Below are positions 33,734-45,081 of a stretch of DNA of 64,000 nt, piece by piece; the first letter of the stretch is position 1; the number at the start of each line of letters is the position of its first letter. The notes under the pieces are model-generated. The model worked only from the letters and a program-made list of their open reading frames with translations. It had not been told where the DNA came from and ran no database searches. This DNA comes from Escherichia coli (lineage in GTDB: Bacteria > Pseudomonadota > Gammaproteobacteria > Enterobacterales > Enterobacteriaceae), in assembly GCF_001677475.2 (NCBI RefSeq), contig NZ_CP015229.1; one strand, written 5' to 3'. Made by a program: the position numbers and the translations under genes.

Positions 33734-33865
33734 TTAACGCCTCAGACTGATGAAAACGTCCAAAAAGTGCTCGGACAGTCCCCTCGCCCCTTCGGGGAGA
33801 GGGTTAGGGTGAGGGGAAGATTGTGTCCACACAGACGAGTGAAAATCTCAGGCGTTGATTGTTCA

Positions 33866-34138
33866 TTAGCGCCTGCCGCGCGTCGACGTATTTGCTGACC
33901 AGCTAAATGACGCTTCAGGATCCGGTTTATAAGCCTGCTTTTTCTTCAATTGGCGGGCTTTTTTCGCTTCAGCCTCACGCTCGACCATTAATTTATCGAT
34001 GTACTCTTTCTTAATGCTGTTGGTTTCGGAGTTGGTCAGTACGCGACCATGCGCAATCCGCGCCCGATCCAGCAGTGTTTTAAGTTCACGCTGCTCGCGT
34101 TCAGTCATCTCTTTTTGGGTAATACGCGGGAGTGCCAT
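33866..34138 (-). CDS. yjbD: Uncharacterised small protein YjbD
   Basis: 90-aa ORF between rluF and lysC, as in K-12. Confidence 0.8.
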   Translation of the reverse strand: MALPRITQKEMTEREQRELKTLLDRARIAHGRVLTNSETNSIKKEYIDKLMVEREAEAKKARQLKKKQAYKPDPEASFSWSANTSTRGRR

Positions 34139-34390
34139 GATGTTGCCCTCAGTGAGCCAGAGAGTTCAGTGTACGGGAATTCGTTTGCGAGCAGAACTGA
34201 TAATATTCATTTTGCCTTCTCTTAACTATTTATCTCTTTCGATAATTAATTAGAGATGCAGATAAAAAAATTAAAGGCAATTATTCTCCGATAAAGACGC
34301 TGGTTAACAGAGTACAGGCTCGTTTATTGATGAGCATAGTGACAAGAAAATCAATACGGCCCGAAATATAGCTTCCAGGCCATACAGTAT

Positions 34391-35740
34391 TTACTCAAAC
34401 AAATTAAAATGCAGCTTCTGCACCACCTGCTCGGCATCTTCGCCGGGCACCAGGAAGCACAGGTTATGGCTGGATGCGCCGTAACAAATCATGCGAATGT
34501 TGAACGGTTCCAGTACGCCGAATACCTCTTTGCCAACGCCGCAGGCTTTTGACAGGTCATTGCCAATCAACGCGACCAGTGCCAGACCTTCTTCCACCTC
34601 CACCCGGCACAGTGCGGAAAGCTCCATCAGCAGAGATTGCGTCAGCAACGTATCGCCAGTGGAGGTTGAACCGGTGGTATCAAGGGTTAATGCCACGCTC
34701 ACTTCTGACGTGGTGATTAAGTCTACCGAAATATTATGCCGCGCGAGGATGCCGAAAACTTCTGCGAGGAAGCCGCGAGAATGCAGCATATTCAGGCTGT
34801 GCAAAGTGAGCAGAGTCTGATTGCGACGAAGCGCCAGCGCGCGGAACAGCGGCGGATTTTCAGTTTTATTGCACACCAGCGTACCACCTGCGCGTGGGTC
34901 TTTGCTGGAGCCGACAAAGACCGGGATATCGCTGCGTACTGCGGGTAGCAACGTTGCCGGATGCAGTACTTTTGCACCAAAAGTTGCCATCTCTGCCGCT
35001 TCGGCAAACGCGATTTCATCAATGCGTTTTGCTGCGGAAACTACGCGTGGATCGGTGGTGTAGATGCCCGGGACGTCGGTCCAGATATCAACACGAGATG
35101 CGTGTAAAGCCTCCGCCAGCAAGGCTGCCGTATAATCGCTGCCGCCACGGCCAAGCGTCGTTGTACGACCTTTATTTTCGCTACCGATAAATCCCTGGGT
35201 GATCACTAAGCCTTCATTGAGGCGTGGGAGCAGCTGCAGAGCGGCCAGTTCCGCCAGCGCGGCTACATCTGGCTCTGCACGACCAAATCGGTCGTTGGTA
35301 CGCATCACTTTACGTACATCAAACCACTGTGCCTGAACATCGCGTTCGCGCAGGATCTCAACAAACAGCAGGGTCGACATCAGCTCGCCGTGGCTGACCA
35401 GTTCATCTGTCAGCGCCGGAGACGTTGCCAGCGCCGCTGCTTCTGCCAGAACAGTAATGTTCTCCAGCAGACGTTCAATCTCTTCACGGATAACGTTCGG
35501 GTAACGCAGACGTTCCAGAATGGCAAACTGGATGTTGCGGATAGCGTCGAGTTTTTCGAATCGCTCGCCAGGTTCCAGCCCTTCCGCTAAAGCGACCAGC
35601 AGATTAGTGATACCAGCAGAAGCCGAGAGGACTACTAAACGCACGTTGGCATCAGAAAGCACAATATCAGCGCTGCGGTTCATGGCGTCAAAATCAGCTA
35701 CGCTGGTACCGCCAAATTTGGAGACAACAATTTCAGACAT
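34391..35740 (-). CDS. lysC: Lysine-sensitive aspartokinase III
   Basis: 449-aa ORF recognised as LysC (amino-acid kinase domain plus ACT domains). Confidence 0.95.
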   Translation of the reverse strand: MSEIVVSKFGGTSVADFDAMNRSADIVLSDANVRLVVLSASAGITNLLVALAEGLEPGERFEKLDAIRNIQFAILERLRYPNVIREEIERLLENITVLAEAAALATSPALTDELVSHGELMSTLLFVEILRERDVQAQWFDVRKVMRTNDRFGRAEPDVAALAELAALQLLPRLNEGLVITQGFIGSENKGRTTTLGRGGSDYTAALLAEALHASRVDIWTDVPGIYTTDPRVVSAAKRIDEIAFAEAAEMATFGAKVLHPATLLPAVRSDIPVFVGSSKDPRAGGTLVCNKTENPPLFRALALRRNQTLLTLHSLNMLHSRGFLAEVFGILARHNISVDLITTSEVSVALTLDTTGSTSTGDTLLTQSLLMELSALCRVEVEEGLALVALIGNDLSKACGVGKEVFGVLEPFNIRMICYGASSHNLCFLVPGEDAEQVVQKLHFNLFE

Positions 35741-36050
35741 AACTACCTCGTGTCAGGGGATCCATTTTCAGCCTTGGCACAAGGGAAGAGCGGAAGACGG
35801 GTGGGCGCAGAGCGATACTTCGCTACTATTTTCACCCAGAAGTGCTCCACCACTTGCGAAACGCCCGACTGCGAACGCTTCTGGTGACAACCCAGGGGAT
35901 TCAGCCCCTGTAGCCGATGATGAACGTGGCCAGCCGTTCAATCACCTCGGCGATGCACCCCCTCAGGTGTTATCACAGGACTGGCTCCTCCAACACCGTT
36001 ACTTGGGCAACGCGCCTCTTCTGGCCTGCGCTAGCGCAGGTAGTACATTT
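35741..36050 (-). ncRNA. Lysine riboswitch (L-box) in the lysC 5' leader
   Basis: Roughly 300-nt untranslated leader upstream of lysC, whose reverse complement matches the known E. coli lysC leader; boundaries approximate. Confidence 0.8.
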
Positions 36051-36264
36051 ATAAATAAAGGGTGAGCGGGGCGGTTGTCAACGATGGGGTCATGCGGATT
36101 TTTCATCCACTCCTGGCGGTCAGTAGTTCAGCTAATAAATGCTTCACTGCGCTAAGGGTTTACACTCAACATTACGCTAACGGCACTAAAACCATCACAT
36201 TTTTCTGTGACTGGCGCTACAATCTTCCAAAGTCACAATTCTCAAAATCAGAAGAGTATTGCTA

Positions 36265-37914
36265 ATGAAAAACATCAATCCAACGCAGACCGCTGCCTGG
36301 CAGGCACTACAGAAACACTTCGATGAAATGAAAGACGTTACGATCGCCGATCTTTTTGCTAAAGACGGCGATCGTTTTTCTAAGTTCTCCGCAACATTCG
36401 ACGATCAGATGCTGGTGGATTACTCCAAAAACCGCATCACTGAAGAGACGCTGGCGAAATTACAGGATCTGGCGAAAGAGTGCGATCTGGCGGGCGCGAT
36501 TAAGTCGATGTTCTCTGGCGAGAAGATCAACCGCACTGAAAACCGCGCCGTGCTGCACGTAGCGCTGCGTAATCGTAGCAATACCCCGATTCTGGTTGAT
36601 GGCAAAGACGTAATGCCAGAAGTCAACGCGGTGCTGGAGAAGATGAAAACCTTCTCGGAAGCGATTATTTCCGGTGAGTGGAAAGGTTATACCGGCAAAG
36701 CAATCACTGACGTAGTGAACATCGGGATCGGCGGTTCTGACCTCGGCCCATACATGGTGACCGAAGCACTGCGTCCGTACAAAAATCACCTGAACATGCA
36801 CTTTGTTTCTAACGTCGATGGCACCCACATCGCGGAAGTGCTGAAAAAAGTAAACCCGGAAACCACGCTGTTCCTGGTAGCATCTAAAACCTTCACCACT
36901 CAGGAAACCATGACCAACGCCCATAGTGCGCGTGACTGGTTCCTGAAAGCGGCAGGTGATGAAAAACACGTTGCGAAACATTTTGCGGCGCTCTCCACCA
37001 ATGCCAAAGCCGTTGGCGAGTTTGGTATTGATACTGCCAACATGTTCGAGTTCTGGGACTGGGTCGGCGGCCGTTACTCTTTGTGGTCAGCGATTGGCCT
37101 GTCGATTGTTCTCTCCATCGGCTTTGATAACTTCGTTGAACTGCTTTCTGGCGCACACGCGATGGACAAGCATTTCTCCACCACGCCTGCCGAGAAAAAC
37201 CTGCCTGTCCTGCTGGCGCTGATTGGCATCTGGTACAACAATTTCTTTGGCGCGGAAACTGAAGCGATTCTGCCGTATGACCAGTATATGCACCGTTTCG
37301 CGGCGTACTTCCAGCAGGGCAATATGGAGTCTAATGGTAAGTATGTTGACCGTAACGGTAACGTCGTGGATTACCAGACTGGTCCGATTATCTGGGGTGA
37401 ACCAGGTACTAACGGTCAGCACGCGTTCTACCAGCTGATCCACCAGGGAACTAAAATGGTACCGTGCGATTTCATCGCCCCGGCTATCACCCATAACCCG
37501 CTCTCTGATCACCACCAGAAACTGCTGTCTAACTTCTTTGCTCAGACCGAAGCGCTGGCGTTTGGTAAATCCCGCGAAGTGGTTGAGCAGGAATATCGCG
37601 ATCAGGGTAAAGATCCGGCAACGCTTGACTATGTAGTGCCGTTTAAAGTGTTCGAAGGTAACCGCCCGACCAACTCCATCCTGCTGCGCGAAATCACCCC
37701 GTTCAGCCTGGGGGCGTTGATTGCGCTGTATGAGCACAAAATCTTTACTCAGGGCGTGATCCTGAACATCTTCACCTTCGACCAGTGGGGCGTTGAGCTG
37801 GGTAAACAGCTGGCGAACCGTATTCTGCCGGAACTGAAAGATGACAAAGAAATCAGCAGCCACGATAGCTCGACCAATGGTCTGATTAACCGCTATAAAG
37901 CGTGGCGCGGTTAA
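36265..37914 (+). CDS. pgi: Glucose-6-phosphate isomerase
   Basis: ORF 36259..37914 begins at a TTG; first ATG at 36265 ([13 protein letters not shown]) gives 549 aa. Confidence 0.95.
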
Positions 37915-37934
37915 TTTAAAAACCTTAATAACAA

Positions 37935-37960
37935 TGCCGACGTTATGTCGGCATTTTTTT
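37935..37960 (+). terminator. Rho-independent terminator after pgi
   Basis: tgccgacgttatgtcggca hairpin followed by ttttttt. Confidence 0.85.
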
Positions 37961-38268
37961 ATCAGATAAATCCCCTTGTCTGTGATTTAACGGAAATCAT
38001 ACCGTGAGGTTAATCCTAAAATAGATTTTTAATCGTTGTTTATTTCGGAAAATACGCAGATTAATTACTTTTGTTTTTATTTTAAGTTTATGATTTTTAT
38101 TGTTATTTAAATATAAGTTGAAACTTATATTTGATATTCATTCCAATTATCCTAAAACGCCATCGCTAATTCCCCGCGCCGTAATTCGCATGCTTTAGTT
38201 GTGTATACTCGATCCCGCCCGAAATGTTTTTGGGTAAATCTCCATTCATTCAATGAAGGGAAATTGTT

Positions 38269-38511
38269 ATGAAAAAAGTTCTGTATGGCATTTTTGCCAT
38301 ATCTGCGCTTGCGGCGACTTCTGCGTGGGCTGCACCTGTACAGGTGGGCGAAGCGGCAGGGTCGGCAGCAACGTCGGTTTCGGCGGGTAGTTCCTCCGCG
38401 ACCAGCGTCAGCACCGTAAGCTCGGCGGTGGGTGTCGCGCTCGCGGCAACCGGTGGCGGTGATGGTTCTAATACCGGGACCACAACAACCACAACCACCA
38501 GTACCCAGTAA
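38269..38511 (+). CDS. yjbE: Small secreted low-complexity protein YjbE
   Basis: 80-aa ORF with signal peptide and Ser/Ala/Thr-rich tail ending in a poly-Thr run; first gene of yjbEFGH. Confidence 0.85.
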
Positions 38512-38697
38512 TAAAGTATGTATCCCCAAAATAATTCGAGTTGCAGGAAGGCGACAAGCGAGTGAGTCCCCGGGAGCATAGATAACTATGTGACCGGGGT
38601 GAACGAGTGCGGTCACCGCATCTGCAGCTTGAAGTATGAAGGGGATTAACCATAACCACACTCCGGTGTGGTTATTCTGCCCCTCTGGAGAAGAGTC

Positions 38698-39333
38698 GTG
38701 AAGCGACCTGCACTCATTCTTATCTGTCTGCTATTACAGGCCTGTTCAGCCACGACTAAAGAGCTGGGCAATTCACTGTGGGACAGTCTGTTCGGCACGC
38801 CAGGCGTACAGCTGACGGATGATGATATTCAAAATATGCCCTACGCCAGCCAGTACATGCAGCTTAATGGCGGGCCGCAATTGTTTGTGGTGCTGGCCTT
38901 CGCTGAAGACGGACAACAAAAATGGGTCACTCAGGATCAGGCCACTCTCGTCACACAACATGGTCGTCTGGTGAAGACTTTGCTTGGTGGCGACAACCTG
39001 ATTGAAGTGAATAACCTTGCCACTGACCCGCTGATTAAACCCGCACAAATTGTTGATGGTGCAACATGGACGCGCACGATGGGCTGGACCGAGTACCAGC
39101 AGGTACGCTACGCCACCGCACGCTCAGTCTTCAAATGGGATGGCACCGATACCGTCAAAGTCGGCAGCGATGAAACCCCGGTTCGCGTGCTGGACGAAGA
39201 AGTCTCCACCGACCAGGCGCGCTGGCATAACCGCTATTGGATCGACAGCGAAGGGCAAATTCGCCAGTCGGAACAGTATCTCGGCGCGGATTATTTCCCG
39301 GTGAAAACCACTCTCATCAAGGCGGCAAAATAA
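38698..39333 (+). CDS. yjbF: Lipoprotein YjbF
   Basis: ORF 38668..39333; likely GTG start at 38698 preceded by GGAG; lipobox LLQAC. Confidence 0.8.
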   Translation: MKRPALILICLLLQACSATTKELGNSLWDSLFGTPGVQLTDDDIQNMPYASQYMQLNGGPQLFVVLAFAEDGQQKWVTQDQATLVTQHGRLVKTLLGGDNLIEVNNLATDPLIKPAQIVDGATWTRTMGWTEYQQVRYATARSVFKWDGTDTVKVGSDETPVRVLDEEVSTDQARWHNRYWIDSEGQIRQSEQYLGADYFPVKTTLIKAAK

Positions 39334-40070
39334 TGATTAAACAAACTATTGTCGCGTTGCTTTTGAGTGTGGGAGCGTCATCGGTCTTCGCGGCAGGAAC
39401 CGTCAAGGTGTTCAGCAATGGCAGCAGTGAGGCCAAAACGCTAACGGGCGCAGAGCATTTAATCGATCTGGTAGGCCAACCGCGGCTGGCAAACAGCTGG
39501 TGGCCTGGTGCGGTGATTAGCGAAGAGCTGGCAACGGCGGCAGCATTGCGTCAGCAGCAGGCGTTGCTGACACGGCTGGCAGAACAGGGCGCAGATTCCA
39601 GCGCCGACGATGCCGCTGCGATTAACGCCTTACGCCAGCAAATTCAGGCGTTGAAAGTGACGGGCAGGCAAAAAATCAATTTTGATCCCGATATCGTCCG
39701 CGTTGCCGAACGCGGTAACCCGCCGTTGCAGGGCAACTACACGCTGTGGGTCGGACCACCGCCGTCCACGGTCACGCTGTTCGGGCTTATCAGCCGTCCT
39801 GGCAAGCAGTCATTCACTCCAGGTCGCGACGTGGCGAGCTATCTCTCTGACCAGAGCCTGCTCAGCGGTGCGGATCGCAGCTACGCATGGGTGGTTTACC
39901 CGGACGGACGCACGCAAAAAGCGCCGGTGGCTTACTGGAACAAGCGTCACGTAGAGCCGATGCCCGGCAGCATTATTTATGTTGGCCTCGCGGACTCCGT
40001 CTGGAGTGAGACGCCTGATGCCCTTAACGCCGACATTCTTCAGACTCTGACGCAGCGGATACCTCAATAA
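39333..40070 (+). CDS. yjbG: Periplasmic protein YjbG
   Basis: ORF 39237..40070; start at internal ATG ([20 protein letters not shown]) overlapping the yjbF stop in a TAATG junction; 245 aa with signal peptide. Confidence 0.85.
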   Translation: MIKQTIVALLLSVGASSVFAAGTVKVFSNGSSEAKTLTGAEHLIDLVGQPRLANSWWPGAVISEELATAAALRQQQALLTRLAEQGADSSADDAAAINALRQQIQALKVTGRQKINFDPDIVRVAERGNPPLQGNYTLWVGPPPSTVTLFGLISRPGKQSFTPGRDVASYLSDQSLLSGADRSYAWVVYPDGRTQKAPVAYWNKRHVEPMPGSIIYVGLADSVWSETPDALNADILQTLTQRIPQ

Positions 40071-42166
40071 TGAAAAAAAGACATCTGCTTAGCTTACTGG
40101 CGCTGGGCATTAGCACAGCTTGCTACGGCGAAACATATCCTGCGCCCATTGGTCCGTCGCAGTCGGATTTCGGTGGCGTAGGATTATTACAAACGCCCAC
40201 CGCGCGCATGGCGCGGGAAGGGGAGTTAAGCCTGAACTATCGAGATAACGATCAGTACCGTTATTACTCAGCTTCAGTGCAACTCTTCCCGTGGCTGGAA
40301 ACAACGCTGCGTTACACCGACGTGCGCACCCGGCAGTACAGCAGCGTCGAAGCGTTCTCTGGCGATCAAACGTATAAAGATAAAGCCTTCGATCTCAAAC
40401 TGCGTTTGTGGGAAGAGAGTTATTGGCTGCCGCAAGTGGCGGTTGGTGCGCGGGATATCGGCGGTACGGGGCTGTTTGATGCGGAATATCTTGTTGCCAG
40501 CAAAGCCTGGGGGCCGTTCGATTTTACACTCGGCCTGGGCTGGGGATATCTGGGCACCAGCGGTAACGTGAAAAATCCGCTCTGTTCAGCCAGTGATAAA
40601 TATTGCTATCGCGATAACAGCTACAAACAGGCGGGATCTATCGACGGTAGCCAGATGTTCCACGGTCCTGCCTCACTGTTTGGCGGCGTGGAATACCAGA
40701 CATCCTGGCAGCCGCTGCGCCTGAAACTGGAGTATGAAGGCAATAATTATCAGCAGGATTTTGCCGGGAAGCTGGAGCAAAAAAGTAAGTTTAACGTCGG
40801 GGCGATTTATCGCGTTACCGATTGGGCCGACGTTAACCTTAGCTATGAACGTGGCAACACCTTTATGTTTGGCGTCACGCTGCGCACCAACTTTAACGAT
40901 CTGCGCCCTTCTTACAACGATAACGCCCGCCCGCAATATCAACCGCAGCCGCAGGATGCCATTTTGCAGCATTCGGTGGTGGCGAATCAGTTAACGCTGT
41001 TGAAATACAATGCCGGACTTGCCGATCCGCAGATCCAGGCGAAAGGCGATACGCTGTATGTTACCGGCGAGCAGGTGAAATATCGTGATTCGCGTGAAGG
41101 GATCATCCGTGCTAATCGGATCGTGATGAACGATCTGCCGGATGGGATCAAAACGATCCGCATTACGGAAAACCGCCTTAACATGCCGCAGGTGACGACG
41201 GAAACCGATGTCGCCAGCCTGAAAAATCATCTCGCCGGAGAGCCGTTGGGCCACGAAACGACGCTGGCGCAAAAACGCGTCGAGCCAGTGGTTCCGAAGT
41301 CCACCGAGCAGGGCTGGTATATCGACAAATCACGCTATGATTTCCATATCGATCCGGTGCTGAACCAGTCGGTCGGTGGCCCGGAAAACTTTTACATGTA
41401 TCAGCTGGGCGTGATGGGAACGGCAGATTTGTGGCTGACGGACCATCTGCTGACCACCGGCAGCCTGTTTGCAAATCTTGCCAACAACTACGACAAGTTT
41501 AACTACACCAATCCGCCGCAGGACTCGCACTTACCGCGCGTTCGTACCCATGTGCGCGAGTATGTGCAGAACGATGTCTATGTGAATAACCTGCAAGCCA
41601 ACTACTTCCAGCATCTGGGCAACGGCTTCTACGGTCAGGTCTATGGAGGTTATCTCGAAACCATGTTTGGCGGTGCGGGGGCAGAAGTGTTGTATCGTCC
41701 GCTGGACAGCAACTGGGCGTTTGGTCTGGATGCCAACTACGTTAAACAGCGCGACTGGCGTAGTGCAAAAGATATGATGAAATTCACCGACTACAGCGTG
41801 AAAACCGGACATCTGACCGCCTACTGGACGCCATCTTTCGCTCAGGATGTGTTAGTGAAAGCCAGCGTCGGGCAGTATCTGGCAGGGGATAAAGGCGGCA
41901 CGCTGGAGATCGCTAAACGCTTTGACAGCGGCGTGGTGGTTGGCGGCTATGCCACGATCACCAACGTTTCGAAAGAGGAGTACGGCGAAGGGGACTTCAC
42001 CAAAGGCGTGTATGTCTCTGTACCGTTGGATCTCTTCTCGTCTGGCCCGACACGCAGCCGTGCGGCGATTGGCTGGACGCCGCTGACGCATGACGGTGGT
42101 CAGCAACTTGGGCGTAAGTTCCAGTTGTATGATATGACCAGCGACCGTAGCGTCAATTTCCGCTAA
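40070..42166 (+). CDS. yjbH: Outer-membrane beta-barrel protein YjbH
   Basis: 698-aa ORF with signal peptide; start overlaps the yjbG stop (TAATG). Confidence 0.88.
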   Translation: MKKRHLLSLLALGISTACYGETYPAPIGPSQSDFGGVGLLQTPTARMAREGELSLNYRDNDQYRYYSASVQLFPWLETTLRYTDVRTRQYSSVEAFSGDQTYKDKAFDLKLRLWEESYWLPQVAVGARDIGGTGLFDAEYLVASKAWGPFDFTLGLGWGYLGTSGNVKNPLCSASDKYCYRDNSYKQAGSIDGSQMFHGPASLFGGVEYQTSWQPLRLKLEYEGNNYQQDFAGKLEQKSKFNVGAIYRVTDWADVNLSYERGNTFMFGVTLRTNFNDLRPSYNDNARPQYQPQPQDAILQHSVVANQLTLLKYNAGLADPQIQAKGDTLYVTGEQVKYRDSREGIIRANRIVMNDLPDGIKTIRITENRLNMPQVTTETDVASLKNHLAGEPLGHETTLAQKRVEPVVPKSTEQGWYIDKSRYDFHIDPVLNQSVGGPENFYMYQLGVMGTADLWLTDHLLTTGSLFANLANNYDKFNYTNPPQDSHLPRVRTHVREYVQNDVYVNNLQANYFQHLGNGFYGQVYGGYLETMFGGAGAEVLYRPLDSNWAFGLDANYVKQRDWRSAKDMMKFTDYSVKTGHLTAYWTPSFAQDVLVKASVGQYLAGDKGGTLEIAKRFDSGVVVGGYATITNVSKEEYGEGDFTKGVYVSVPLDLFSSGPTRSRAAIGWTPLTHDGGQQLGRKFQLYDMTSDRSVNFR

Positions 42167-42212
42167 GTCATGGGAAAGGTGCCAGTTTTCGCAATCACTG
42201 GCACCCTCATTC

Positions 42213-42491
42213 TTAATGGCCTGTTGAGCCATCAGGAACGCAGTTCACCCCCGGTTTGCGATCTGGTGTGTAAAGGCGAAAACATTCTGTCTTCCTGTCC
42301 GTCGATATCGGTTGCAGGTCTGGTTGCCTGAGCGACTGGGCCATCATTGGGCTGGAGACATTGCTTTGCGGTAGGTCGGCTTTATCAGCAGTACCGAACG
42401 GACCAGCATAAGCAGGAAGAACAGAGACTGATAACATCAAAGCAGCAAAATAAGGCTTCATTTTTACCACCTTTATCAGGTTACGTTTCAT
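42213..42491 (-). CDS. yjbT: Small secreted protein YjbT
   Basis: 92-aa ORF with signal-peptide-like segment (MKPYFAALMLSVSVLPAYA); the start could instead be the internal ATG at 42461. Confidence 0.6.
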   Translation of the reverse strand: MKRNLIKVVKMKPYFAALMLSVSVLPAYAGPFGTADKADLPQSNVSSPMMAQSLRQPDLQPISTDRKTECFRLYTPDRKPGVNCVPDGSTGH

Positions 42492-42592
42492 TTGTTCCAG
42501 AGGAACATTGTCGATTTTTCGCGCATTGCTGGTGGCTGGGAATCACCTGAATGGGTGATTTTTGCAGTACAGGCTATGGTGCGGTTTGTCTT

Positions 42593-42666
42593 GCCGGATG
42601 CGCCGCCAGGCGCGGCTTATCCGGCCTACGGGTAGGACGGATAAGGCGTTCACGCCGCATCCGGCG
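42593..42666. repeat. Tandem REP elements (BIME)
   Basis: gccggatgcgccgccaggcgcggcttatccggcctac followed by ggtaggacggataaggcgttcacgccgcatccggcg. Confidence 0.8.
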
Positions 42667-42780
42667 CTGGCGGGAGGCACCATCTAACACCAGGTTGAAC
42701 AAAACATACACAAAAAATATAGATCTCCGTCACATTTTTGCGTTATACAGGAAGCTCGCCACTGTGAAGGAGGTACTGCT

Positions 42781-43191
42781 ATGACGTCACTCTCTCGTCC
42801 GCGCGTGGAGTTTATCTCCACCATTTTGCAGACCGTACTCAATCTTGGCCTGTTGTGCCTCGGCCTGATTTTGGTTGTCTTCCTCGGCAAAGAAACGGTG
42901 CATCTGGCTGATGTGCTGTTCGCGCCAGAACAAACCAGCAAATATGAGCTGGTAGAAGGACTGGTGGTTTACTTTCTCTATTTCGAATTTATCGCGCTGA
43001 TTGTGAAGTACTTTCAGTCCGGTTTTCACTTCCCGCTACGTTACTTTGTCTATATTGGGATCACCGCCATTGTGCGCTTGATCATCGTCGATCATAAATC
43101 GCCACTGGATGTGTTGATCTACTCGGCTGCGATCCTGTTACTGGTAATCACCCTGTGGCTGTGTAATTCGAAACGGCTGAAGCGGGAGTAA
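42781..43191 (+). CDS. psiE: Phosphate-starvation-inducible inner-membrane protein PsiE
   Basis: 136-aa hydrophobic ORF recognised as PsiE. Confidence 0.9.
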
Positions 43192-43196
43192 AAAGA

Positions 43197-43226
43197 CAGC
43201 ACGCCGAACTGGCGCGGCGTGCTGGA
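43197..43226. terminator. Bidirectional hairpin between convergent psiE and xylE
   Basis: agcacgccgaactggcgcggcgtgct, a 9-bp perfect stem. Confidence 0.6.
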
Positions 43227-43234
43227 CAGGAAGA

Positions 43235-44710
43235 TTACAGCGTAGCAGTTTGTTGTGTTTTCTTCGTTTCCGGTTCCCAGAGCGCTTCCAGCTCCTCAAG
43301 GGTTTTTCCTTTGGTTTCCGGGACAAATTTCCACATAAACAGTGCTGCCAGAACGCCCATACAACCGTAAATCCAGTAGGAGAAACCGTTGTGGAAATGG
43401 GCCACCAGCCAGGAGTTTTTGTCCATCATCGGGAAGGTCCAGGAGACGAAGTAGTTCGCCAGCCACTGGGCCGCCACCGCGATTGCCAGCGCTTTACCAC
43501 GAATGGCATTCGGGAAGATTTCCGACAGCAGTACCCAGCATACCGGACCCCAGGACATGGCAAAGGCGGCAACATAGAACAGCATCGACAGTAGCGCCAC
43601 AATACCCGGTGCCTGAGTGTAAAACGCGGTACCGAGGCTAAACATACCGATTGCCATTCCGAGTGCGCCGATAATTTGCAGTGGCTTACGACCAAATTTA
43701 TCCACCGTCATAATTGCCAGAACGGTGAAGGTGAGGTTGATAACTCCGACAATAATGGTCTGCAACAGCGCGATATCCGTGCTGGCCCCCAGCGTTTTGA
43801 ACACTTCCGGCGCGTAGTACAACACCACATTGATGCCGACAAATTGCTGGAAGATGGAGAGCATAACGCCGATTACAATCACGCCCACGCCAAACATCAG
43901 CAGACGACCACCGGTTTTGCGGCCATGATCCAGGGAGTGTTTAATTTCCTGTACTGCCTGAGTTGCAAGCGTGTTGCCCATAATTTTGCGCAGGATACCT
44001 TCCGCCTGTTCTTGCTTGCCGCGCGACATCAGCCAGCGAGGACTTTCTGGCACGGTATACAACAGCATTAAGAAGAGTAGTGCAGGGATACATTCCGAGG
44101 CAAACATATAACGCCAGCCGTCAGTATTCAGCCAGGTGGCATCACCGGAACGCGCAATAAAATAGTTTACGCAGTAAACTAAAAGTTGCCCGAAAATAAT
44201 CGCAAACTGGTTAAAAGAGACCAGTTTCCCGCGAATATGAGCTGGAGCCAGTTCCGCAATATACATTGGCGAGAGCATTGAGGCTAAACCAACGCCAATA
44301 CCGCCAATAATGCGATAAATAACAAATTCCGGGACATAACCTGCCAGATAAACAGGCACTGTGTTGTCCGGGTTTATAGAGGTAAAACCAAGTTCTGGCC
44401 AGGCAGAACCTACACCAGAAATAAAAAACAGGACAGCAGCAATCTTAAGTGAATCACGACGACCGAAGCGGTTACTGCAATAACCACCGAGGGCACCGCC
44501 GATGATGCAACCAATCAGAGCGCTGGCTACGCAAAACCCTAACAGGGAGTTGGCAGCGGATTCACTTAAGTTTTGTGGAGCAACAAAGACGGTATTGAGT
44601 GACTCAACAGTACCGGAAATAACGGCGGTGTCGTAGCCAAATAATAAACCACCTAATGTAGCGACTAAGGTAATCGAAAATATATAACTGGAATTATATT
44701 GGATATTCAT
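43235..44710 (-). CDS. xylE: D-xylose:H+ symporter (MFS sugar porter)
   Basis: 491-aa ORF recognised as XylE; 12-TM sugar-porter signatures (GRR, PESPRWL). Confidence 0.95.
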   Translation of the reverse strand: MNIQYNSSYIFSITLVATLGGLLFGYDTAVISGTVESLNTVFVAPQNLSESAANSLLGFCVASALIGCIIGGALGGYCSNRFGRRDSLKIAAVLFFISGVGSAWPELGFTSINPDNTVPVYLAGYVPEFVIYRIIGGIGVGLASMLSPMYIAELAPAHIRGKLVSFNQFAIIFGQLLVYCVNYFIARSGDATWLNTDGWRYMFASECIPALLFLMLLYTVPESPRWLMSRGKQEQAEGILRKIMGNTLATQAVQEIKHSLDHGRKTGGRLLMFGVGVIVIGVMLSIFQQFVGINVVLYYAPEVFKTLGASTDIALLQTIIVGVINLTFTVLAIMTVDKFGRKPLQIIGALGMAIGMFSLGTAFYTQAPGIVALLSMLFYVAAFAMSWGPVCWVLLSEIFPNAIRGKALAIAVAAQWLANYFVSWTFPMMDKNSWLVAHFHNGFSYWIYGCMGVLAALFMWKFVPETKGKTLEELEALWEPETKKTQQTATL

Positions 44711-44984
44711 TCAGACCTGCCTTAGACCATTCTGATCTTTTATCAGTGCATTGATGTTGGAATTGTCAGGCAGTTAAGGCAATTATCATTTTTTACAATG
44801 CGTTTACGTAATGTCTTTTCTGTGATCTTAATTGTGATAATTATCTAAAATTGATGAAAACAATACTATTGCCGTGACTCAGAGCACGAAAGAGAATTAT
44901 CGTAAGTGGGAAAACAAATAACGTAAAAATAATAAGCTCTATGATGGAAATATTAACCGGCGAACGATTCAGATTGCAGACGAA

Positions 44985-45011
44985 AGAAAAAAAGGCGCTC
45001 CGTGGAGCGCC
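44985..45011 (-). terminator. Rho-independent terminator of the malEFG operon
   Basis: Minus strand reads ggcgctccacggagcgcc followed by ttttttt, immediately downstream of malG. Confidence 0.8.
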
Positions 45012-45081
45012 GAATAACAGTCACAAGTTGGGATAACGTAAGTTGAGGGTGCAGCGGCATAACATTGGCAGAACAACATCT

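Noticed and set aside
37087-37863. 258-aa minus-strand ORF
   Set aside because: Antisense to pgi; shadow ORF.
42551-42784. 77-aa Arg-rich ORF upstream of psiE
   Set aside because: Translated across tandem REP elements (repetitive Arg/Gly codons); not a gene.
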